Origin: Mobula hypostoma
Taxonomy: Eukaryota
Assembly: GCF_963921235.1 (NCBI RefSeq)
Contig: NC_086108.1
Span: 11,904,001 to 11,968,000 of the forward strand
Reading direction: 5' to 3'
DNA: 64,000 nt
Position numbers and translations under genes: made by a program. Positions 34,301-46,300 of the stretch are shown here, piece after piece; the first letter of the stretch is position 1, and every line of letters starts with the position of its first letter. The notes beneath the pieces were generated by a model that was given only the letters and a program-made list of their open reading frames with translations, was not told the DNA's origin and searched no databases.

Positions 34301-37300
34301 GAAGAGGGAGGAGATGGCAGTGTGTTGGAGAAGGAGGAGATGGTCAGTGTGTTGGAGAAGGAGGAGATGGTCAGTGTGTTGGAGAAGGAGGAGATGGTCA
34401 GTGTGTTGGAGAGGGAGGAGATGGTCAGTGTGTTGGAGAAGGAGGAGATGGTCAGTGTGTTGGAGAAGGAGGAGATGGTCAGTGTGTTGGAGAAGGAGGA
34501 GATGGTCAGTGTGTTGGAGAAGGAGGAGATGGTCAGTGTGTTGGAGAAGGAGGAGATGGTCAGTGTTTTGGAGAAGGAGGAGCCGGTCAGTGTGTTGGAG
34601 AAGGAGGAGATGGTCGGTGTGTTGGAGAAGGAGGAGATGGTCAGTGTGTTGGAGAAGGAGGAGATGGTCACTGTTTTGGAGAGGGAGCAGATGGTCAGTG
34701 TGTTGGAGAAGGAAGTGCCAGTCAGTGTGCTGGAGAAGGGGGAGATGGTCAGTGTGTTGGAGAAGGAGAAGCCGGTCAGTGCATTGGAGAGGGAGGAGAT
34801 GGTCAGTGTGTTGGAGAAGGAGGAGATGGTCAGTGTGTTGGAGAAGGAGGAGATGGTCAGTGTGTTGGAGAAGGAGGAGATGGTCAGTGTGTTGGAGAAG
34901 GAGGAGCCAGTCAGTGTTTTGGAGAAGGAGGAGATGGTCAGTGTGTTGGAGAAGGAGGAGATGGTCAGTGTCTTGGAAAAGCAGGAGCCGGTCGGTGTGC
35001 TGGAGACGGAGGAGATGGTCAGTGTCTTGGTAAAGGAAGTGCTGGTCGGTTTGCAAGAGATGGAGGAGCCGGTCAGTTTTTTAGAGAAGAAGGAGATGGT
35101 CAGTGTGTTGGAGAAGAGGGAGATGGTCAGTGTGTTGGAGAAGGAGGAGATGGTCGGTGTGTTGGAGAAGGAGGAGATGGTCAGTGTGTTGGAGAAGGAG
35201 GAGATGGTCAGTGTGTTGGAGAAGGAGGAGATGGTCAGTGTGTTGGAGAAGGAGGAGATGGTCAGTGTGTTGGAGAAGGAGGAGATGGTCAGTGTGTTGG
35301 AGAAGGAGGAGATGGTCAGTGTGTTGGAGAGGGAGGAGATGGTCAGTGAGTTGGAGAGGGAGGAGATGGTCAGTGTGTTGGAGAAGGAGGAGATGGTCAG
35401 TGTGTTGGAGAGGGAGGAGATGGTCAGTGTGTTGGAGAAGGAGGAGATGGTCAGTGTGTTGGAGAAGGAGGAGATGGTCAGTGTGTTGGAGAAGGAGGAG
35501 ATGGTCAGTGTGTTGGAGAAGGAGGAGATGGTCAGTGTGTTGGAGAAGGAGGAGATCGTTATCTTGGGGAAGGAGGAGATGGTCAGTGTGTTGGAGAGGG
35601 AGGAGATGGTCAGTGTGTTGGAGAAGGAGGAGATGGTCAGTGTGTTGAAGAAGGAGGAGATGGTCAGTGTGTTGGAGAAGGAGGAGATGGTCAGTGTGTT
35701 GGAGAAGGAGGAGATGGTCAGTGTGTTGGAGAAGGAGGAGATGGTCAGTGTGTTGGAGAAGGAGGAGATGGTCAGTGTGTTGGAGAAGGAGGAGATGGTC
35801 AGTGTGTTGGAGAAGGAGGAGATGGTCAGTGTGTTGGAGAGGGAGGAGATGGTCAGTGTGTTGGAGAGGGAGGAGATGGTCTGTGTGTTTGAGAAGGAGG
35901 AGATGGTTAGAGATTTGGAGAAGGAGGAGATAGTCAGTGTGTTGGAGAAGAAAGAAGTTGGTCAGTGTTTTGGAGAAGGTGGAGCCGGTCAGTGTGTTGG
36001 AGAAGGAGGAGCCGGTCGGTGTCTTGGGGAAGGAGGAGATGGTCAGTGTGTTGGAGAGGGAGGAGATGGTCAGTGTGTTGGAGAAGGAGGAGATGGTCAG
36101 TGTGTTGGAGAAGGAGGAGATGGTCAGTGTGTTGGAGAAGGAGGAGATGGTCAGTGTGTTGGAGAAGGAGGAGATGGTCAGTGTGTTGGAGAAGGAGGAG
36201 ATGGTCAGTGTGTTGGAGATGGAGGGGATGGTCAGTGTGTTGGAGAGGGAGGAGATGGTCAGTGTATTGGGGAAGGAGGAGATGGTTGGTGTGTTGGAGA
36301 TGGAGGAGATGGTCAGTGTGTTGGAGAAGGAGGAGATGGTCAGTGTGTTGGAGAAGGAGGAGCCGGTCAGTGTGTTGGAGAAGGAGGAGCCTGTCAGTGT
36401 GTTGGAGAAGGAGGAGATGGTCAGTGTGTTGGAGAAGGAGGAGATGGTCAGTGTGTTGGAGAAGGAGGAGATGGTCAGTGTGTTGGAGAAGGAGGAGATG
36501 GTCAGTGTGTTGGAGAAGGAGGAGATGGTCAGTGTGTTGGAGAAGGAGGAGATGGTCAGTGTGTTGGAGAAGGAGGAGATGGTCAGTGTGTTGGAGAGGG
36601 AGGAGATGGTCAGTGTGTTGGAGAGGGAGGAGATGGTCAGTGTGTTGGAGAAGGAGGAGATGGTCAGTGTGTTGGAGAAGGAGGAGATGGTCAGTGTGTT
36701 GGAGAGGGAGGAGCTGGTCAGTGTGTTGGAGAAGGAGGAGATGGTCAGTGTGTTGGAGAAGGAGGAGATGGTCAGTGTGTTGGAGAAGGAGGAGATGGTC
36801 AGTGTGTTGGAGAAGGAGGAGCCGGTCAGTGTCTTGGGGAAGGAGGAGATGGTCAGTGTGTTGGAGAGGGAGGAGATGGTCAGTGTGTTGGAGAAGGAGG
36901 AGATGGTCAGTGTGTTGGAGAAGGAGGAGATGGTCAGTGTGTTGGAGAAGGAGGAGATGGTCAGTGTGTTGGAGAGGGAGGAGATGGTCAGTGTGTTGGA
37001 GAAGGAGGAGATGGTCAGTGTGTTGGAGAAGGAGGAGATGGTCAGTGTGTTGGAGAAGGAGGAGATGGTCAGTGTGTTGGAGAAGGAGGAGATGGTCAGT
37101 ATGTTGGAGAAGGAGGAGATGGTCAGTGTCTTGGAAAAGGATGTGCCAGTCAGTCTGCTGGAGACGGAGGAGCCGATCAGAGTTTTGGAGAAGAAGGAGA
37201 TGGTCAGTGTGTTGGAGAAGGAGGAGATGGTCAGTGTGTGAGAAGGAGGAGATGGTCAGTGTGTTGGAGAGAGAAGAGATGGTCAGTGTGTTGGAGAGGG

Positions 37301-40300
37301 AGCAGATGGCCAGTGTGTTGGAGAAGGAGGAGATGGTCAGTGTGTTGGAGAAGGAGGAGATGGTCAGTGTGTTGGAGAAGGAGGAGATGGTCAGTGTGTT
37401 AGAGATGGAGGGGATGGCCAGTGTGTTTAAGAGGGACGTGATGGTTAGTTAGCTCTTGAAGGAGGACAATTGTCGGTGTATTGGGGAAGGAGGAGATTGT
37501 CGCTGTGTTGGAGACGGAGGAGCCGGTCGGTGTTTTGGAGAAGAAGGAGATGGTCAGTGTGTTGGAGAAGGAGGAGATGGTCAGTGTATTGAAGAAGGAG
37601 GAGATGGTCAGTGTGTTGGAGATGGAGGGGATGGACAGTGTGTTGGAGAAGGAGGAGATGGTCAGTGTGTTGGAGAAGGAGGAGATGGTCAGTGTGTTGG
37701 AGAAGGAGGAGATGGTCAGTGTGTTGGAGAAGGAGGAGATGGTCAGTGTGTTGGAGAGGGAGGAGATGGTCAGTGTGTTGGAGAGGGAGGAGATGGTCAG
37801 TGTGTTGGAGAAGGAGGAGATGGTCAGTGTGTTGAAGAAGGAGGAGATGGTCAGTGTGTTGGAGATGGAGGAGATGGTCAGTGTGTTTGAGAGGGACGTG
37901 ATGGTCAGTTAGCTCTTGAAGGAGGAGATTGTCGGTGTATTGGGGAAGGAGGCGATGGTCGCTGTGCTGGAGACGGAGGAGCCGGTCGGTGTTTTGGAGA
38001 GGGAGGAGATGGTCAGTGTGTTGGAGAAGGACGAAATGGTCAGTGTTTTGGAGAGGGAGGAGATGGTTGGTGTGTTGGAGAGGGAGGAGATGGTCAGTGT
38101 GTTGGAGAAGGAGGAGATGGTCAGTGTGTTGGAGAAGGAGGAGATGGTCAGTGTGTTGGAGAGGGAGGAGATGGTCAGTGTGTTGGAGAAGGAGGAGATG
38201 GTCAGTGTGTTGGAGAGGGAGGAGATGGTCAGTGTGTTGGAGAAGGAGGAGATGGTCAGTGTGTTGGAGAAGGAGGAGATGGTCAGTGTGTTGGAGATGG
38301 AGGAGATGGTCAGTGTGTTGGAGAGGGAGGAGATGGTCAGTGTTTTGGAGAAGGAGGAGATGGTCAGTGTGTTGGAGAAGGAGGAGATGGTCAGTGTGTT
38401 GGAGAAGGAGGAGATGGTCAGTGTGTTGGAGAGGGCGGAGATGGTCAGTGTGTTTAAGAAGGAGGAGATGGTTAGTGATTTGGAGAAGGAGGAGAGAGTC
38501 AGTGTGTTGGAGAAGAAAGAAGTTGGTCAGTGTTTTGGAGAAGGTGGAGCCGGCCAGTGTGTTGGAGAAGGAGGAGATGGTCAGTGTGTTGGAGAAGGAG
38601 GAGATGGTCAGTGTGTTGGAGAAGGAGGAGATGGTCAGTGTGTTGGAGAGGGAGGAGATGGTCAGTGTGTTGGAGAAGGAGGAGATGGTCAGTGTGTTGG
38701 AGAAGGAGGAGATGGTCAGTGTGTTGGAGAAGGAGGAGATGGTCAGTGTTTTGGAGAAGGAGGAGATGGTCAGTGTGTTGGAGAAGGAGGAGATGGTCAG
38801 TGTGTTGGAGAGGGAGGAGATGGTCAGTGTGTTGGAGAAGGAGGAGATGGTCAGTGTGTTGGAGAAGGAGGAGATGGTCAGTGTGTTGGAGAAGGAGGAG
38901 ATGGTCAGTGTGTTGGAGAAGGAGGAGATGGTCAGTGTGTTGGAGAAGGAGGAGATGGTCAGTGTGTTGGAGAGGGAGGAGATGGTCAGTGTGTTGGAGA
39001 AGGAGGAGATGGTCAGTGTGTTGGAGAAGGAGGAGATGGTCAGTGTGTTGGAGAAGGAGGAGATGGTCAGTGTGTTAGAGAAGGAGGAGATGGTCAGTGT
39101 GTTGGAGAAGGAGGAGATGGTCAGTGTCTTGGAGAAGGAGGAGATGGTCAGTGTGTTGGAGAAGGAGGAGATGGTCAGTGTGTTGGAGAAGGAGGAGATG
39201 GTCAGTGTGTTGGAGAAGGAGGAGATGGTCAGTGTGTTGGAGAAGGAGGAGATGGTCAGTGTGTTGGAGAAGGAGGAGATGGTCAGTGTGTTGGAGAGGG
39301 AGGAGATGGTTACTGTGTTGGAGAAGGAGGAGATGGTTGGAGAGTTGGAGAATGAGGAGATGGTCAGTGTGTTGGAGAAGGAGGAGATGGTCAGTGTTTT
39401 GGAGAAGGAGGAGATGGTCAGTGTGTTGGAGAAGGAGGAGATGGTCAGTGTGTTGAAGAAGGAGGAGATGGTCAGTGTGTTGGAGATGGAGGAGATGGTC
39501 AGTGTGTTGGAGAGGGAGGAGATGGTCAGTGTGTTGGAGAAGGAGGAGATGGTCAGTGTGTTGGAGAAGGAGGAGATGGTCAGTGTGTTGGAGAAGGAGG
39601 AGATGGTCAGTGTGTTGGAGAAGGAGGAGATGGTCACAGTTTTGGAGAAGGAGGAGATCGTCAGTGTGATGGAGAAGGAGAAGATAATCAGTGTGTTGGA
39701 GAAGGCGGGAATGGTCAGTGTGTTGGAGAGGCAAGATATGGTCAGTTTGTGGGAGAGGGAGGAGATGGTTACTGTGTTGGAGAGGGAGGAGATGGTTACT
39801 GTGTTGGAGAAGGAGGAGATGGTTGGAAAGTTGGAGAATGAGGAGATGGTCTGTGTGTTGGAGAGAGAAGAGATGGTCAGTGTGTTGGAGAGGGAGGAGA
39901 CGGTCAGTGTGTTGGAGAAGGAAGTCCCAGTCGGTTTGCTGGAGACGGAGGAGCTGGTCGGTGTGTTGGAGAAGGAGAAGCCGGTCAGTCTGTTGGAGAG
40001 GGAGGAGATGGTCAGTGTGTTGGAGAAGGAGGAGATGGTCTGTGTTTAGGAGAAGGAGTAGATGGTCAGTATGTTGCAGAAGGAGGAAATGGTCTGTGTC
40101 TTGGAAAATCAGGAGCCGGTCGGTGTGTTCGAGACGGAGGAGATGGTCAGTGTCTTGGAAAAGGTAGTGCCGGTCGGTTTGCTGGATACGGAGGAGCCGG
40201 TCAGTATTTTGGAGAAGAAGGAGATGGTCGGTGTGTTGGAGAAGGAGGAGATGGTCAGTGTGTTGGAGAGGGAGGAGATGGTCCGTGTGTTGGAGAAGGA

Positions 40301-43300
40301 GAAGATAGTCAGTGTGTTGGAGAAGTCGGGAATGGTCAGTGTGTGGGAGAAGGAGGAGATAGTCAATGTGTTGGAGAGGGAGGAGATGGTTACTGTGTTG
40401 GAGAAGGAGGAGATGGTCAGTGTGTTGGAGAAGGAGGAGATGGTCAGTGTGTTGGAGAGGGAGGAGATGGTCAGTGTGTTGGAGAAGGAGGAGCTAGTCG
40501 TGTGTTGGAGATGGAGGAGATGGTCAGTGTGTTGGAGAAGGAGAAGATAGTCAGTGTTTTGGAGAAGGAGGAGATGGTCAGTGTGTTGGAGAAGGAGGAG
40601 ATGGTCAGTGTATTGGAGAAGGAGGAGATGGTCAGTGTGTTGGAGAAGGAGGAGATGGTCAGTGTGTTGGAGAGGGAGGAGATGGTCAGTGTGTTGGAGA
40701 AGGAGGAGATGGTCAGTGTGTTGGAGAAGGAGGAGATGGTCGCTGTGCTGGAGATGGAGGAGCCGGTCAGTGTTTTGGAGAAGAAGGAGATGGTCAGTTT
40801 GTTGGAGAAGGGGAGATGGTCAGTGTGTGAGAAGGAGGAGATGGTCAGTGTGTTGGAGGGAGAGGAGATGGTCAGTGTGTTGGAGAAGGAGGAGATGGTC
40901 AGTGTGTTGGAGAAGGAGGAGATGGTCAGTGTGTTGGAGAAGGAGGAGATGGTCAGTGTGTTGGAGAAGGAGGAGATGGTCAGTGTGTTGGAGAAGGAGG
41001 AGATGGTCAGTGTGTTGGAGAGAGAGGAGATGGTCAGTGTGTTGGAGATGGAGTGGATGGTCAGTGTGTTTGAAAGGGAGGAGATGGTCGGTGTATTGGT
41101 GAGGGAGGAAATGGTCAGTATGTTGGAGAGGGAGGAGATGGTCGGTCTGTTGGAGAATGAGGAGATCGTTAGTGTGTTGGAGAAGGAGGAGATGGTCAGT
41201 GTGTTGGAGAGCGAGGAGATGGTCAGTGTGTTGGAGAAGGAGGAGATAGTCGGTGTGTTGGAGAAGGAGGAGATGGTCAGTGTGTTGGAGAGGGAGGAGA
41301 TGGTCAGTGTGTTGGTGAAGGAGGAGATTGTCAGTGTGTTGGAGAAGGAAGTGCCAGTCTTGTGTTGGAGATGGAGGAGCTGGTCGGTGTGTTGGAGAAG
41401 GAGATGCTGGTCAGTCTGTTAGAGAGGGAGGAGATGGTCAGTGTGTTGGAGAAGGAGGAGATGGTCAGTGTGTTGGAGAAGGAGGAGATGGTCTGTGTAT
41501 AGGAGAAGGAGGAGATGGTCAGAGTCTTGGAAAATCAGGAGCCGGTCGGTGTGTTCGAGACGGAAGAGATGGTCAGTGTCTTGGAAAAGGAAGTGCCGGT
41601 CGGTTTGCTGGATACGGAGGAGCCGGTCAGAGTTTTGGAGAAGAAGGAGATGGTCAGTGTGTTGGAGAAGGAGGAGATGGTCAGTGTGTTGGAGAGGGAG
41701 GAGATGGTCAGTGTTTTGGAGAGGGAGGAGATGGTCAGTGTGTTGGAGAAGGAGGAGATGGTCAGTGTGTTGGAGAAGGAGGAGATGGTCAGTGTGTTGG
41801 AGAAGGAGGAGATGGTCAGTGTGTTGGAGAGGGAGGAGATGGTTAGTGTGTTGGAGAAGGAGGAGATGGTTGGAAAGTTGGAGAATGAGGAGATGGTCAG
41901 TGTGTTGGAGAAGGAGAAGATAGTCAGTGTTTTGGAGAAGGAGGAGATGGTCAGTGTGTTGGAGAAGGAGGAGATGGTCAGTGTATTGGAGAAGGAGGAG
42001 ATGGTCAGTGTGTTGGAGATGGAGGAGATGGTCAGTGTGTTGGAGAGGGAGGAGATGGTCAGTGTGTTGTAGAAGGAGGAGATGGTCGGTCTGTTGGAGA
42101 AGGAGGAGATGGTTAGTGTGTTGGAGAACGAGGAGATGGTCAGTGTGTTTGAGAGTGAGGAGATGGTCAGTGTGTTGGAGAAGGAGGAGATGGTCAGTGT
42201 GTTGGAGAAGGAGGAGATGGTCAGTGTGTTGGAGAAGGAGGAGATGGTCAGTGTGTTGGAGAAGGAGGAGATGGTCAGTGTGTTGGAGAGGGAGGATACG
42301 GTCAGTGTGTTGGAGAAGGAAGTCCCAGTCGGTTTGCTGGAGACGGAGGAGCTGGTCGGTGTGTTGGAGAAGGAGAAGCCGGTCAGTCTGTTGGAGAGGG
42401 AGGAGATGGTCAGTGTGTTGGAGAAGGAGGAGATGGTCTGTGTATAGGAGAAGGAGTAGATGGTCAGTATGTTGGAGAAGGAGGAGATGGTCAGAGTCTT
42501 GGAAAATCAGGAGCCGGTCGGTGTGTTCGAGACGGAAGAGATGGTCAGTGTCTTGGAAAAGGAAGTGCCGGTCGGTTTGCTGGATACGGAGGAGCCGGTC
42601 AGTATTTTGGAGAAGAAGGAGATGGTCGGTGTGTTGGAGAAGGAGGAGATGGTCAGTGTGTGGAGAAGGAGGAGATGATCAGTGGTTTGGAGAGGGAGGA
42701 GATGGTCCGTGTGTTGGAGAAGGAGAAGATAGTCAGTGTGTTGGAGAAGTCGGGAATGGTCAGTGTGTGGGAGAAGGAGGAGATAGTCAATGTGTTGGAG
42801 AGGGAGGAAATGGTTACTGTGTTGTAGAAGGAGGAGATGGTTGGAGTGTTGGAGAGGGAGGAGATGGTCAGTGTATTGGAGAGGGAGGAGATGGTCAGTG
42901 TTTTGGAGAAGGAGGAGATGGTCAGTGTGTTGGAGAAGGAGGAGATGGTCAGTGTATTGAAGAAGGAGGAGATGGTCAGTGTGTTAGAGATGGAGGGGAT
43001 GGTCAGTGTGTTTCAGAGGGAGGAGATGGTCAGTCTGTTCTTTAGGAGGAGATTGTTGGTGTGTTGGGGAAGGAGGAGATGTTCGCTGTGCTGGAGATGG
43101 AGGAGCCGGTCAGTGTGTTGGAGAAGGAGGAGATGGTCAGTGTTTTGGAGAAGGAGGAGAAGGTCACTGTGTCGGAGAAGAGGGAGATGGTCAGTGTGTA
43201 GGAGAAGGGGGAGATGGTCAGTGTGTTGGAGAAGGAGAAGCCGGTCAGTGCATTGGAGAGGAAGGAGATGGTCAGTGTATTGGGGAAGGAGGAGATGGTC

Positions 43301-46300
43301 AGTGTGTTGGAGATGGAGGAGATGGTCTGGGTGTTGAAGAAGGAGCAGATGTTCAGTGTGTTGGAGAAGGAGGAGATATTCAATGTGTTGATGAAGGAGG
43401 ACATGGTCAGTATGTTGGAGAAGGAGGAGATGGTCGGTGTCTTGGAAAAGCAGGAGCAGGTCGGTGTGTTGGAGACGGAGGTGGCAGTCAGTGTTTTGGC
43501 GAAGGAGGAGATGGTCAGTGTGTTGGAGAAGGAGGAGATGGTCAGTGTGTTGGAGAAGGAGGAGATGGTCAGTGTGTTGGAGAGGGAGGAGATGGTCAGT
43601 GTGTTGGAGAAGGAGGAGATGGTCAGTGTGTTGGAGAAGGAAGTGCCAGTCGTGTGTTGGAGATGGAGGAGCTGGTCGGTGTGTTGGAGAAGGAGATGCT
43701 GGTCAGTGTGTTGGAGAGGGAGGAGATGGTCAGTGTGTTGGAGAAGGAGGAGATGGTCTGTGTGTTGGAGAAGGAGGAGATGGTCAGTATGTTGGAGAAG
43801 GAGGAGATGGTCAGTGTCTTGGAAAAGGAAGTGCCGGTCGGTTTGCTGGAGACGGAGGAGCCGGTCAGTATTTTGGAGAAGAAGGAGATGGTCAGTGTGT
43901 TGGAGAAGGAGGAGATGGTCAGTGTGTTGGAGAAGGAGGAGATGGTCAGTGTGTTGGAGAGGGAGGAGATGGTCAGTGTGTTGGAGAAGGAGGAGATGGT
44001 CAGTGTGTTGGAGAAGTCGGGAGATGGTCAGTGTGTTGGAGAAGGAGGAGATGGTCAGTGTGTTGGAGAGGGAGGAGATGGTCAGTGTGTTGGAGAAGGA
44101 GGAGATGGTTGGTCTGTTGGAGAAGGAGGAGATGGTCAGTGTGTTGGAGAAGGAGGAGATGGTCAGTGTGTTGGAGAAGGAGGAGATGGTCAGTGTGTTG
44201 GAGAAGGAGGAGATGGTCAGTGTGTTGGAGAAGGAGGAGATGGTCAGTGTGTTAGAGATGGAGGGGATGGTCAGTGTGTTTCAGAGGGAGGAGATGGTCA
44301 GTGTGTTGGAGAAGGAGGAGATGGTCAGTGTGTTGGAGAATGAGGAGATGGTCAGTGTGTTGGAGAACGAGGTGATGGTCAGTGTGTTGGAGAGGAGGAG
44401 ATGGTCAGTGTGTTGGAGAAGGAGGAGATGGTCAGTGTGTTGGAGAAGGAGGAGATGGTCAGTGTGTTGGAGAAGGAGGAGATGGTCAGTGTGTTGGAGA
44501 GGGAGGAGATGGTCAGTGTGTTGGAGAAGGAGGAGATGGTCAGTGTGTTGGAGAAGGAGGAGATGGTCAGTGTGTTGGAGAAGGAAGTGCCAGTCAGTGT
44601 TTTGGAGATGGAGGAGATGGTCAGTGTGTTGGAGAAGGAGAAGCCGGTCAGTGTGTTGGAGAAGGAGGAGATGGTCAGTGTGTTGGAGAAGGAGGAGATG
44701 GTCAGTGTGTTGGAGAAGGAGGAGATGGTCAGTGTGTTGGAGAAGGAGGAGATGGTCAGTGTCTTGGAAAAGGAAGTGCCAGTCGGTGTGCTGGAGACGG
44801 AGGAGCCGGTCAGTGTTTTGGAGAAGAAGGAGATGGTCAGTGTGTTGGAGAAGGAGGAGATGGTCAGTGTGTTGGAGAAGGAGGAGATGGTCAGTGTGTT
44901 GGAGAGGGAGGAGATGGTCAGTGTGTTGGAGAAGGAGGAGATGGTCAGTGTGTTGGAGAAGGAGGAGATGGTCAGTGTGTTGGAGAAGGAGGAGATGGTC
45001 AGTGTGTTGGAGAGGGAGGAGATGGTCAGTGTGTTGGAGAAGGAGGAGATGGTTGGTGTGTTGGAGAAGGAGGAGATGGTCAGTGTGTTGGAGAAGGAGG
45101 AGATGGTCAGTGTGTTGGAGAAGGAGGAGATGGTCAGTGTGTTGGAGAAGGAGGAGATGGTCAGTGTGTTGGAGAAGGAGGAGATGGTCAGTGTGTTGGA
45201 GAAGGAGGAGATGGTCAGTGTGTTGGAGAGGGAGGAGATGGTCAGTGTGTTGGAGAAGGAGGAGATGGTCAGTGTGTTGGAGAAGGAGGAGATGGTCAGT
45301 GTGTTGGAGAAGGAGGAGATGGTCAGTGTGTTGGAGAAGGAGGAGATGGTCAGTGTGTTGGAGAAGGAGGAGATAGTCAACGTGTTGGAGAAGGAGGAGA
45401 TGGTTAGTGTGTTGGAGAACGAGGTGATGGTCAGTGTGTTTGAGAGTGAGGAGATGGTCGGTGTGCTGGAGAAGGAGGCGATAGTCAACGTGTTGGTGAA
45501 GGAGGAGATTGTCAGTGTGTTGCAGAAGGAAGTGCCAGTCGTGTGTTGTATAAGGAGGAGATGTTCGGTCTGTTGGAGAAGGAGAAGCCGGTCAGTCTGT
45601 TGGAGAGGGAGGAGATGGTCAGTGTGTTGGAGAAGGAGGAGATGGTCTGTGTATAGGAGAAGGAGGAGATGAATTGTGTATAGGAGAAGGAGGAGATGGT
45701 CAGAGTCTTGGAAAATCAGGAGCCGGTCGGTGTGTTCGAGACGGAAGAGATGGTCAGTGTCTTGGAAAAGGAAGTGCCGGTCGGTTTGCTGGAGACGGAG
45801 GAGCCGGTCAGAGTTTTGGAGAAGGAGGAGATGGTCAGTGTGTTGGAGAAGGAGGAGATGGTCAGTGTGTTGGAGAGGGAGGAGATGGTCAGTGTGTTGG
45901 AGAAGGAGGAGATGGTCAGTGTGTTGGAGAAGGAGGAGATGGTCAGTGTGTTGGAGAAGGAGGAGATGGTCAGTGTGTTGGAGAAGGAGGAGATGGTCAG
46001 TGTGTTGGAGAAGGAGGAGATGGTCAGTGTCTTGGAAGAGGATGTACCAGTCGGTGTGCTGGAGAAGGAGGAGATGGTCAGTGTGTTGGAGAAGGAGGAG
46101 ATGGTCACTGTTTTGGAGAGGGAGCAGATGGTCAGTGTGTTGGAGAAGGAAGTGCCAGTCGGTGTGCTGGAGATGGAGGAGCCGGTCGGTGTGTTGGAGA
46201 AAGAGAAGCCGGTCAGTGTGTTCTAGAGGGAGCCGATGGTCTGTGTATTGGAGACGGAGGAGATGGTCAGTATGTTTCAGAAGGAGGAGATGGTCAGTGT